Origin: an uncultured Syntrophaceae bacterium
GTDB lineage: Bacteria > Desulfobacterota > Syntrophia > Syntrophales > UBA6109
Direction: 5' to 3'
Length of the DNA: 32,000 nucleotides
Assembly: GCA_964506465.1 (NCBI GenBank)
Contig: CAZDLM010000028.1
Span: 1-32,000, forward strand
Below, one piece after another: positions 16,918-25,561 of the stretch. The notes below the pieces were generated by a model. It was not told the DNA's origin and did not search any database. It was given only the letters and a program-made list of their open reading frames with translations. Position 1 is the stretch's first letter. The number at the start of each line of letters is the position of its first letter. Made by a program: the position numbers and the translations under genes.

Positions 16918-18345
16918 TCAGCCCTTCGGTTCAAACTGGCGCTTGGCGGACCAGAACGATGGCAGATGCCGGATCAGATAGGCGATGCTTTTCCGATGCT
17001 GCCAAAGACGGCTGCGGAACCTTTTCCGCCACCGGGGGTCGGAATAGAAACGCTTCACATGCTCGTTGTACAGAAAGTCCAGCCTTTCTTTGGATGAAAT
17101 GTCCTTCGAGACAAAAACAAAATTCAGGCAATTCATCAACGGCCAGTCTTCCTGAAACGTCCCTTCATCCCGGATCGTCGACCAGAGCGGCGCCCCGGGG
17201 AAAGGGGTGAACTTGGACATGTTCATGTCGTCGAGCCCAAGCGAAATGATGAAATCCGATGTTGTCCGGATCGACGCTTCCGTTTCGCCGGGCAGGCCCA
17301 TCATGAACAGACCCTTCGCCCGCAGACCCGCGGCCTGAATGCGCCGCACCGTGTCGCAAACCTCGTCCAGCGAGACGCCCGATTTATGCCTGGCCAGCAT
17401 CTGCGAATCCGCCGATTCGATGCCCAGAGAGACCATGAGACACCCGGCCTCCTTGAGCATCCGAAGCAGGTCATCGTCCGCATAACCCACCCGGACGGCG
17501 CAGTTGAAATGGATCCCCAGGGGATGCCGTGCGAGTCCTTCGCAGAGCTCGACGATGCGGCGGCGATCCGCCGTGAAGAGGTCGTCGTAAATGTTGATGT
17601 GCCGCACGCCGAACCGCGTCCGCAGGTGTTTCATGTGCTCATAGATGTAGGGAGCCGAGTTGCAGCGGAATCCCCTCCTGAAGACGGACCGGTCGCAATA
17701 GGAGCATTGAAACATGCAGCCCCGCGACGTGATCATGGTCGCCCCGGGGGTATGGACGTAGCTGAACAAAGGCAGGTGGTAATCCCGCGGGAAGCCCTGA
17801 AGCTTTTCATAGGCGGGGAACGGAAGCGAGTCCAGGTCGACGATCTGCGGACGGGGCGGATTGGTGATCGGCGCGGAATCGCGCCGCCGGATCAACCCCC
17901 TGATGTCCGCGGGATCCGCGCCGCCGGCAAGCTCCGCCATGGTGAGCTCACCCTCTCCGGCGCACAGAAAATCAAAGGCGGGGTACCCCTGCATCAGGCT
18001 ATCCTGCAATGCGGAAACGTGCACGCCTCCGCAGATGGTCCTGACCCGTGCCGCCCGTTTCTTGATTTCCTGCGCCATCTGCGCGGCATCGAGAAAAGAA
18101 GACGTCGTGGCCGAAAATCCGACCATGTCCGGCCCATATCCCAGAATCACCCGAACCTGCGCATCGACGTCGGCGGGGACGCCCGGGCCCAGGCAGTCGT
18201 AGACGAAGACCTCGTGCCCCTGCTGCAACAGGTACGCGGCGATCGAAAGGATCCCCTGGGGAACCATGCGATTAGCGACATCGGTGATGTCGCGCCGGCC
18301 GGGGAACCAGTTGAATCCCCGCGGATGAACCAGGACAATGCGCAT
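16918..18345 (-). CDS. B12-binding-domain radical SAM protein
   Basis: 475 aa with MRIVLVHPRG..., VFVYDCLGPG, MVGFSATTSSFLDA, ICGGVHVSA and TSRGCMFQCSYCDRSVF (CxxxCxxC). Confidence 0.9.
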   Translation of the reverse strand: MRIVLVHPRGFNWFPGRRDITDVANRMVPQGILSIAAYLLQQGHEVFVYDCLGPGVPADVDAQVRVILGYGPDMVGFSATTSSFLDAAQMAQEIKKRAARVRTICGGVHVSALQDSLMQGYPAFDFLCAGEGELTMAELAGGADPADIRGLIRRRDSAPITNPPRPQIVDLDSLPFPAYEKLQGFPRDYHLPLFSYVHTPGATMITSRGCMFQCSYCDRSVFRRGFRCNSAPYIYEHMKHLRTRFGVRHINIYDDLFTADRRRIVELCEGLARHPLGIHFNCAVRVGYADDDLLRMLKEAGCLMVSLGIESADSQMLARHKSGVSLDEVCDTVRRIQAAGLRAKGLFMMGLPGETEASIRTTSDFIISLGLDDMNMSKFTPFPGAPLWSTIRDEGTFQEDWPLMNCLNFVFVSKDISSKERLDFLYNEHVKRFYSDPRWRKRFRSRLWQHRKSIAYLIRHLPSFWSAKRQFEPKG

Positions 18346-18396
18346 GAGCCTTTCCGCCTTCCGTCGGGCGCCGCTGCGGCACTCAACATCCTGATC

Positions 18397-18972
18397 TTAC
18401 GGCCGACGCTGCGCCTCCACCAGGGAGCGAATATTCTCCCTGTGGCTGAATACAATCAGCAGGACCGTCAGCGTAGTTCCCGCGAGGGGAACCGCGTGAG
18501 CGCCGCCCGCGGCGATGGTCACGGCCCCGAGGGTCGCAATCATGCAGAAGGAGGCGATGAAGGGAATGTGCACGACCTGCTGGACCGCGACCCAAAGGAT
18601 GCAGGAAGCAGCCGCCCCCCAGGGCGACAGCGCAAGGGTGAAGCCCAGATAGCCGGCAACGCCCTTGCCGCCCCGGAACCGGTGAAAGCAGGGGAAACGG
18701 TTCCCGGCGACCAGGGCGAGACCGACCCACGGGATCAGGTCGTCCCGGAGAAGGACCGCCGCCAGCAGCGCCAGGCAGGCGGCCCGTCCCACGTCGAGGA
18801 CGAGTACGACGGCCGCCCATCCCTTCCCGGCCTGACGGTAGACGTTGGTGGTCCCCGCATTCCCGCTGAATGTCGTCCGCGGATCCCCCTTGCCCAGAAG
18901 CCCGAGGAGAAGAATGGCAAAATTGACCGACGCCGCGAGATAGGTCAAGAAGAGAATACCGGTAAACCGCAT
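18397..18972 (-). CDS. plsY: Glycerol-3-phosphate acyltransferase PlsY-like
   Basis: 191 aa multi-TM protein with the PlsY motifs GKGDPRTTFSGNAGTTNVYRQAGKGWAAVV, GNRFPCFHRFRGGKGVAGYLG and FSHRENIRSL. Confidence 0.88.
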   Translation of the reverse strand: MRFTGILFLTYLAASVNFAILLLGLLGKGDPRTTFSGNAGTTNVYRQAGKGWAAVVLVLDVGRAACLALLAAVLLRDDLIPWVGLALVAGNRFPCFHRFRGGKGVAGYLGFTLALSPWGAAASCILWVAVQQVVHIPFIASFCMIATLGAVTIAAGGAHAVPLAGTTLTVLLIVFSHRENIRSLVEAQRRP

Positions 18973-18976
18973 CCGT

Positions 18977-19840
18977 CTAAGTCTCCCGAGGCTTTCTCAC
19001 CCAGGCGGGGGGCGTCCGCCTCCCGCCGGAGATGTCCCGCATCTCGAGCCCCTGGATGATCTCCGCGTCCCCGCCGTCGCGATCCCGGAGCCATACGTTG
19101 AAACGCAGCACCGGGGCCTCTCCCGGCAGAGGGACGATGCGGCAGTCATAGGTTCCGCCGGCCCGGGTCGGGGCGAGGATCCTTCTTCGCCTGAAGCCCA
19201 CGGGGAAGGCGACCGTGTTCCTGTACCGCTGCGCCCAGGCGCAGGCGATATGAAAGGCCGCATCGGCGGGGAACGGGGACCCCAACGGCCCGGCCGGCTC
19301 GGGCGCTTCCCCCCCGGAGACCTCGGCCCAGGCCGCGGTTTCCGTCAGGCTGACGTCGCCCGCCACGTTCTGATAGGCCGGTCCGAAGGGAACCAATTCC
19401 TCGTAGAGAAGGCGGCACGGCAGCGTGAAGACCGGCTCCGTCCCGGCCGCGGACGGCGTCTCCATCCGGTCCGTCTCTTCCCCGGCGGGCAGAAAGAAGA
19501 CCGACGCATGCTCGACCCGGCGCGTCCATTTCGCCTGCCGTCCCGAGCGGACGGTCAGCAGCCTGGAAATGCAGCTTCCGTCCGCGAAACGCGAAATCTC
19601 ATGGACGGCCGGGATCTCGCGCAGGCCCGGTTCGACGATCAGAAGGTGGCTGAACGCGCCCGCTTCCTGCCGGTGAGGATCGGCGGAAACGGACGCGGGC
19701 AGCGTGGCGGCCAGGACCTGCAGGGCCTCTACGGCGGGAAGAACCACGCGGCCGGAAACGCGGTGGTCGTGCAGATACGCGGGCACGGGCACCGCCACGG
19801 GAACGTCTATCGTTTCGACGGGCTGGGAAAGGTTTTCCAT
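18977..19840 (-). CDS. Polyketide-synthase-type dehydratase (double-hotdog PS-DH) domain protein, standalone
   Basis: 287 aa from MENLSQPVETIDV. Contains LHDHRVSGRVVLPAVEAL (HxxxGxxxxP motif) and a second-half DAAFH motif. The rest of track ORF 18977..20221 is out-of-frame readthrough of the thioesterase gene. Confidence 0.7.
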   Translation of the reverse strand: MENLSQPVETIDVPVAVPVPAYLHDHRVSGRVVLPAVEALQVLAATLPASVSADPHRQEAGAFSHLLIVEPGLREIPAVHEISRFADGSCISRLLTVRSGRQAKWTRRVEHASVFFLPAGEETDRMETPSAAGTEPVFTLPCRLLYEELVPFGPAYQNVAGDVSLTETAAWAEVSGGEAPEPAGPLGSPFPADAAFHIACAWAQRYRNTVAFPVGFRRRRILAPTRAGGTYDCRIVPLPGEAPVLRFNVWLRDRDGGDAEIIQGLEMRDISGGRRTPPAWVRKPRET

Positions 19841-20298
19841 AACTGAACGGTCTTGGGATCGACGGCCACGGGAATCCCCCTGGAATTGAGGGCGCAATGC
19901 CGGGTGTAGCCCCGGCAGACATCGGCCCCCGTCTCCGCGTGGGTGATGACGTAATCGAACTGGAGACGGACACGCTGGAGCTCCGCCGGCCGCGTGTGGA
20001 TCCACATGGGATCGTCGTAGTGCAGCGGCTGGTGGAACTGGATCGCCAGGTCGATGATGGGGTAGACGTAGCCGCTGTCCTCGATCTCCCGATAGGGGTA
20101 GGCGGCGTCGCGCATCAGCGACGTCCGGCCGAATTCGAAATACCGCAGATAATTGGCGTGATACACGACGGTGGAGCGGTCCGTATCGGCGTAAAGGGTC
20201 CTCATCCTGCACCGGTGCCATATCAGTCCCGTCGCAGCTTCACGGACGTAACGATCGTCCTCTCCCTGAGGTTCGGTCCGAAACGGCCTGGGCTTCAT
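19807..20298 (-). CDS. Acyl-CoA/ACP thioesterase, 4HBT (hotdog) family
   Basis: 163 aa from MKPRPFRTEP. Contains LYADTDRSTVVYHANYLRYFEFGRTSLMRD, a YbgC/4HBT Asp active-site motif variant. Confidence 0.87.
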   Translation of the reverse strand: MKPRPFRTEPQGEDDRYVREAATGLIWHRCRMRTLYADTDRSTVVYHANYLRYFEFGRTSLMRDAAYPYREIEDSGYVYPIIDLAIQFHQPLHYDDPMWIHTRPAELQRVRLQFDYVITHAETGADVCRGYTRHCALNSRGIPVAVDPKTVQLWKTFPSPSKR

Positions 20299-21566
20299 GG
20301 CGCCACCCCCCGGAATATGATGCAGCAGTTTGTGCCGCCGAAGCCGAAGGCGTTCGACAGGGCCATCTCGCATCGGTGCGGACGGGCCGTGTTCGGCACG
20401 CAGTCGATGTCTGCAAAATGCGGATCGGGGATATGGTTGATCGTGGGCAGGATCACCCCCCGCTGCATGCCCTCGATCGTGAGGGCGTCTTCGATGGCCG
20501 CCGCCGCCCCGAGGGTATGGCCGATCTGGGACTTGTTCGAGGACAGGGGGATCTTCTCCAGGGACCGGCCGAAGACCGTCCGGAGGCACTCGACCTCGAC
20601 GAGGTCTCCTTTCGGCGTGGAGGTGCCGTGGGCGTTGATGTACTGGATGTCCGAAGGCTGCAGGGCCGCGTCGTGGAGCGCCTCCCGGATGCCCCGGATG
20701 ATCGTTTCGGGATTGGGCTTGGTGAAATGGTAGGCATCGGAGGTCCAGCCGACCCCCATCACCTCCGCCCGCGCCTGAAGGCCGTACCGCGCCAGCATCT
20801 CCTCGGCGGCGAGGACGACGACGCCGGCCCCTTCGGAAACGACGAAACCACGCCGATCCACGCTGAAAGGCCGCGAGGCCTGCCCGGGATTCTCGTACGC
20901 CCGGTCTCCGGGGACCACCTTGACGGTGGCGTTCATATTGGCGAAGCCGTGGATGATCTCCGGAAGGATCGGGGTATCTACCCCGCCGGCCAGGACGAAA
21001 TCGCAGTCCCCGTCACGGATCATGCGGGACCCGATGCCGATCGCGTGGTTCCCCGAGGCGCAGGCCCCCTGGGGAGAAAAGACGGGTCCCGTGAAACCGA
21101 GCAGCATCCCCGCCTTTCCCGAAGGAAGATTGGCGCAGAGATTGGGCAGGAGGTAGGGGCTGATCTTCAGGGCGCCCTTTTCCTGGAAACGGAGCATGGC
21201 GGTCCGGAAGGAATCCACGCCATTGATCGCCGAACCGATGAGGCAGGCCGTCCGGGGACCGGTTTCCCCGTCCATCGGCAGACGGGCGTTCGCCAGGGCT
21301 TCGCGGCAGACGGCCATGGTGAGGATGACGAAAGCGGCGTCCCAGTTGTACACTTCCTTGGCATCGACGAACTCGAGCGCCAGAGGGTCCCAGTCCGGGA
21401 TCTCCCCAACCACGTTGCAGGGCGAATCGACCTGGCAGCGGGTGACTTTCCGGAAACCGGCCTCGCCGCGGACGGCCCTTTCCCACGTCTCGGGAAATGT
21501 CCGCCCCAGCGGGGTGGCCGCTCCGTAACCGATGACGAAAACGCGTCTGTTCTGTGGCGCCCTCAT
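20295..21566 (-). CDS. Beta-ketoacyl-ACP synthase (FabF-like)
   Basis: 423 aa from MRAPQNRRVFVIGYGAATPLG. Contains SPQGACASGNHAIG (Cys), INAHGTSTPKGD and SNKSQIGHTLGAAAAIE. Confidence 0.92.
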   Translation of the reverse strand: MRAPQNRRVFVIGYGAATPLGRTFPETWERAVRGEAGFRKVTRCQVDSPCNVVGEIPDWDPLALEFVDAKEVYNWDAAFVILTMAVCREALANARLPMDGETGPRTACLIGSAINGVDSFRTAMLRFQEKGALKISPYLLPNLCANLPSGKAGMLLGFTGPVFSPQGACASGNHAIGIGSRMIRDGDCDFVLAGGVDTPILPEIIHGFANMNATVKVVPGDRAYENPGQASRPFSVDRRGFVVSEGAGVVVLAAEEMLARYGLQARAEVMGVGWTSDAYHFTKPNPETIIRGIREALHDAALQPSDIQYINAHGTSTPKGDLVEVECLRTVFGRSLEKIPLSSNKSQIGHTLGAAAAIEDALTIEGMQRGVILPTINHIPDPHFADIDCVPNTARPHRCEMALSNAFGFGGTNCCIIFRGVAP

Positions 21567-21721
21567 GCCGGAATCAACCCATCCTTCACGATGCTGAAAT
21601 ACCGGTCTCCCGACGACGGGAAAACCGCAAAAACCCTCGCCCTGACCGGTGCCGGAATCTTTCCAAAGGTGGGAAATCGTCACCGGGACGCGTGCAGGGA
21701 AGGATTGTCAGGGTCCTCATA

Positions 21722-22975
21722 TCAGGCAACACGGCGAAACACAAGGCAGGCGTTGCAGCCCCCGAAACCGAAGGCATTCTTCAGGACATGCTCCTGCGTC
21801 AGGCGCCGGGCGCCTTCGGCGACGCAGTCAAGATCGATCGCCGGATCGCGCCGGTAGTTGATCGTGGGCAGCAGAACGCCCCGCCGCATCCCTTCCAGGG
21901 TCAGGATCGATTCCACGGCGCTCGTGGCCCCCATGGCATGTCCCAACTGCGACTTGTTGGCCGAGACGGGAGGGATCCTTTCTCCGAAGATCTCCCGGAG
22001 GGCCTCGGCCTCGACCTGATCGCCCACCTTGGTCGAGGCGGCGTGGGCATTGATTGCATCGATGTCCGCCGGTGCAATGCCGGCGTGGACGATGCTTTGG
22101 GCCATGCAGCGCGTCACCGTAACGGGATTGGGGGCTACCACGTGACAGGCGTCGGCGTTCATCGCCCAGCCGGCCAGCTCAGCGTCGAAGGCAAGACCGT
22201 GGGCCGCGGCAAAGGCCCGTGAAGCGATCACGATGCAGCCCGCCCCCTCGGAAACGACGAATCCACGGCGCCCGAGAGAAAAGGGCCGGCTCGCCACGCC
22301 GGGCGGCAGGGGCGCTTCCCCCTCCTTGGGGCGGTAGGCGCCGTTCATCGTGGCAAAACCCGCCACGATCGGCTCGATCAGGGGAAAGTCCGCGGCGCCG
22401 CAGATGGCCACGTCGGCCATCCCCTGGGCGATGAACATCGCCCCCAGGATCAGCGAACTGCTCCCCGTGGCGCAGGCGGTGACCACCGAGGCAATGGGCC
22501 CGGTCGCCCCGGTCAGGATGGCCACCTTGCCTCCCACCATGTTGATGCAGGAATTGGGATTCATGAAGGGCTGCGGCAGCTTCCCGGCCGCCGTCCAGCT
22601 CCGGTCCGCCGCGATGAGCGCATCCAGCCCGCCGATGGCGGAGCTGAAGGTGACGGCGACCCGCGGGGCCAGGTCCGGCGTGATCTCCAAGCCGGCCTTC
22701 TTCAGCGCCCTGTGGACGACGAGCAGGGCGTGCGGGAAAATCGGGGAGGTCCAGTGGGCCATCTCGCGGGGTTGCAGAAACGGATAGGGGGCGACGTCGA
22801 TGGGGTCGACCTGGCCGGCGATCCGGACGGGAAAGCCTTCTTTCAGGGGGAAGCGGGTCAGGCCCGATACGCCGCTTTCGCCCGCGGCGGCCCGGCCCCA
22901 CTGATCTTCCAGCTCGGCGCCGAGGGGCGAGACGGCATCATATCCCAGGATCACGGGTCGAGTGTCGTTCATCAT
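21722..22975 (-). CDS. Beta-ketoacyl-ACP synthase (FabF-like)
   Basis: 417 aa with VVTACATGSSSLILG, INAHAASTKVGD (HGTxT degenerate but His kept), ANKSQLGHAMGATSAVES and KNAFGFGGCN. Confidence 0.91.
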   Translation of the reverse strand: MMNDTRPVILGYDAVSPLGAELEDQWGRAAAGESGVSGLTRFPLKEGFPVRIAGQVDPIDVAPYPFLQPREMAHWTSPIFPHALLVVHRALKKAGLEITPDLAPRVAVTFSSAIGGLDALIAADRSWTAAGKLPQPFMNPNSCINMVGGKVAILTGATGPIASVVTACATGSSSLILGAMFIAQGMADVAICGAADFPLIEPIVAGFATMNGAYRPKEGEAPLPPGVASRPFSLGRRGFVVSEGAGCIVIASRAFAAAHGLAFDAELAGWAMNADACHVVAPNPVTVTRCMAQSIVHAGIAPADIDAINAHAASTKVGDQVEAEALREIFGERIPPVSANKSQLGHAMGATSAVESILTLEGMRRGVLLPTINYRRDPAIDLDCVAEGARRLTQEHVLKNAFGFGGCNACLVFRRVA

Positions 22976-23006
22976 CTCCTCGCAGGGTCCGGCAGGGGCA
23001 CGCCTC

Positions 23007-24029
23007 TCACCAAGGGATGAACTTGTAGAGCTTGGCGAACATCTCGTACACTTCGATCCAGTTCTGGAGGTCCTTCGTGGAGCGCAGGTGGTCCCTCTTG
23101 TTGACCATGACCCAGCTCATGTGGGCGGCACCGTCCTTACAAGTCCGGCAGTCCCGTGTCGCCGAAGTGCAGCAGCGGTGCATCGTCTCGAGGTCCGCCG
23201 CCCAGCGGATAAAGCGGATGAGGCGCTTCGGACGGGGATTGCGGTTGTCGAGGGGCTCCGTCACGGAGGGGCATTCCTCCCACCCGAAAGACCGCCCCAG
23301 CATCCGTCCGGTGGTGATGACTTCATGGTAGTACCGGCAGGAAACCACCGTCCGCGGGTAGCGATCGAGCATGGCGTCCATCTCGGCGCGGACATCGGCG
23401 AGCTGCGAGGGGCTCCAGGAGAACCCGTCGACGCCTTCATCATTGGAGAGCAGTTGCATGTGGACCTTCAGGCCCACGGCGTCGATCCTGCCGATCACCC
23501 GCTCCAGCCGCCCCAACTGCCGGGGGGTGATGGTGTACAGATAGTAGGTGAAGGGGTCGCCTTCATAATTGCGGCTGGACACGGCAAAGGTGTCCCTCCC
23601 CCGCAGGAGCTTTTCGTCCTCTTCGTCCCCCCACAGGGAGATCCCCACCATCATGTCGGGAAATCTATCGCGCGGCACCTTGATCAGCCCGTTGGTGGCA
23701 CAGTAGGTGGAAAGGCGCCGGTAGAAGGCCTCGACGCGGTCGAAATGGAGGGTCGGCTCGCCCCCGATGAGAATGGCCAGATTGACCCCCCGGGCCTGTT
23801 CCTTTTCCACAAAAGCGTTCCAGCGGGCGGCGTCCATTTCCTCCCGCGCCGCCTTGTGCTCATCGGACGAGAAGAAGAAGCACCCCTTGCAGCGGAGGTT
23901 GCAGCAGTTCGTCACGTCGTAGATGGAGCTGCGCATGTTCAGGCGCGAAATCGCCTTGTAACGCTCGTACCAAGCGGGATCCAGGAGTGAACTGACGGTC
24001 TGCATCGTTACGGATTCCTCTCTTTGCAT
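23007..24029 (-). CDS. Radical SAM protein (non-B12 type), paralogue A of an adjacent pair
   Basis: 340 aa with DVTNCCNLRCKGCFFFSSDEHKAAREEMD and a GGEPTLH motif. The start may be the internal ATG at 24005. Confidence 0.88.
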   Translation of the reverse strand: MQREESVTMQTVSSLLDPAWYERYKAISRLNMRSSIYDVTNCCNLRCKGCFFFSSDEHKAAREEMDAARWNAFVEKEQARGVNLAILIGGEPTLHFDRVEAFYRRLSTYCATNGLIKVPRDRFPDMMVGISLWGDEEDEKLLRGRDTFAVSSRNYEGDPFTYYLYTITPRQLGRLERVIGRIDAVGLKVHMQLLSNDEGVDGFSWSPSQLADVRAEMDAMLDRYPRTVVSCRYYHEVITTGRMLGRSFGWEECPSVTEPLDNRNPRPKRLIRFIRWAADLETMHRCCTSATRDCRTCKDGAAHMSWVMVNKRDHLRSTKDLQNWIEVYEMFAKLYKFIPW

Positions 24030-25168
24030 CCCGGCGGAGCCACCATCTCTGCGCAGAGATTCTCCCCCTTGTCATATCCCATGACCCAGACGGCCAGATA
24101 GGTATCGACATAGTCCAGCCAGGACTTGAAGGAGGGCGGATCCGCCACGTGGCGATACAGCCGGGCGGTCACCACGGCGCTTCCCGCCGCGTAATGCCGG
24201 CAGTCGGCGCAATCGGTGTCCGGCACGCAGCAGGCCGCTTCCCGGTCCCAGGTGAGGTCCGTCCTGAACTGGCGGAAGGAGCGTCCCAGACCGATCGCCG
24301 TAGAGGCGTTTCTCCGGGGATAGGAACAGTCGTAGAGGTCGTGCAGGCCCTTCTCCTGCGTATGGGCGACGACGTTGTAGGGAGAAAAGAGGACGTGCCG
24401 GGGATAGCGGGACATCATCTCCAGCATGACCTCCCGTGTCCGGACCAGGGAGGCCGCGTCGTGGCGCAGGCCCCCTGCGTAGCCCACGGGCGCAGAGAAG
24501 ACATTGAAGGTGACGCGGCAGTCCGCCGCGGCCAGGAGGCCCATGACTTCCGCCGCCTCATCGATGTTTTCCCGCGTAAAGGTATAGACGAAGACGGCCC
24601 GCGGATCGCCGCGGTAGTTGTCGACCTGCCGGCGAAGCAACTCCCGGGCCTTGCGCACGCGCCGGCTGGTTTCGTCGTTTCCCCAGACGGAGATGTGAAT
24701 CCGGTAACCGACCGCCGGATCGATGCGGCGAAACCCGTTCGTCGCGATGCAGCCCAGCGGCATCTCCGCGAAGCAGACATCGAGAAGATCGGGAACGAGC
24801 GAGGGTTCAGCCCCCGCCAGGACGACATACGTGATGCCGCGGCTGCGTTCCCGCCGCAATAGCTCGCGCCAGGCCTGAGGATCGCCGTTTTCCCGCGCAA
24901 ATTGTTTGTCGCCCTCGTAATAATAACAGCCGTCGCAACGGAGGTTGCAGCGGTTCGTCATGTCATAGGTGGACTCTCTCAGGAAGAAGTACTGCCGAAC
25001 CCGCTCCCAGCGGGCTTTGACGGCCGGCTCCGACAACAGCTCGGAAAACTTCCACCGCCGCGACGGCGAATCTTCCGGCACGGGCCCGCGCCTCAAGGCG
25101 GCCTCGTCGTACCCTGCCGTTCGCTCTCCGGTTTCCTGATTCAGCATCGCTTCGGCCTTCTGCGTCAT
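24008..25168 (-). CDS. Radical SAM protein (non-B12 type), paralogue B of an adjacent pair
   Basis: 386 aa with DMTNRCNLRCDGCYYYEGDKQFARENGD and AGAEPSLVPDLLD. The architecture matches the neighbour. Confidence 0.88.
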   Translation of the reverse strand: MTQKAEAMLNQETGERTAGYDEAALRRGPVPEDSPSRRWKFSELLSEPAVKARWERVRQYFFLRESTYDMTNRCNLRCDGCYYYEGDKQFARENGDPQAWRELLRRERSRGITYVVLAGAEPSLVPDLLDVCFAEMPLGCIATNGFRRIDPAVGYRIHISVWGNDETSRRVRKARELLRRQVDNYRGDPRAVFVYTFTRENIDEAAEVMGLLAAADCRVTFNVFSAPVGYAGGLRHDAASLVRTREVMLEMMSRYPRHVLFSPYNVVAHTQEKGLHDLYDCSYPRRNASTAIGLGRSFRQFRTDLTWDREAACCVPDTDCADCRHYAAGSAVVTARLYRHVADPPSFKSWLDYVDTYLAVWVMGYDKGENLCAEMVAPPGCKERNP

Positions 25169-25223
25169 CCGGTTTCCGCCCCCGGATATCCTGTCGTTCG
25201 CCGCTTCGCCTCTCCGGGCCGCT

Positions 25224-25505
25224 TCACGGTTTCCTGCCGGAAGCCGCCTGTTTGGAACACAGATACTTGGCGATCAGCCGGACGGTCCTCAGGGTCGGAT
25301 AGTCGTCCTCATCGATTGCGACGCCGTATTCATCCTGAAGAACCAGGGCGACCGTTGCCAGATCCATACTGTCCACGCCGAGTTCGTCCACCAGATCCAT
25401 ATCGGGATCGAAGGTCTCCGGCGTGATGTCCTGCAGTTTCAACTCCCCGATGACGATCTCGGCGATCCGGAGGATCTGTTCGCGGTCTTCATTGCACTCC
25501 GGCAT
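25224..25505 (-). CDS. Acyl carrier protein (ACP 3)
   Basis: 93 aa with DLVDELGVDSMDLATVALVLQDEYGVAI, PPant site GVDSM. Confidence 0.88.
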   Translation of the reverse strand: MPECNEDREQILRIAEIVIGELKLQDITPETFDPDMDLVDELGVDSMDLATVALVLQDEYGVAIDEDDYPTLRTVRLIAKYLCSKQAASGRKP

Positions 25506-25561
25506 GTGTCAACCTCCAAAATTTCAAGGATTTTCCTTTCACAAATAAAAACGTTCTTTTC

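Noticed and set aside
17386-19059. 557-aa plus-strand ORF
   Set aside because: Antisense to the radical SAM (16918..18345) and PlsY genes; low-complexity charged composition.
19841-20221. N-terminal part of track ORF 18977..20221
   Set aside because: It is an out-of-frame read of the thioesterase gene; the PS-DH protein starts at MENLSQ (19840).
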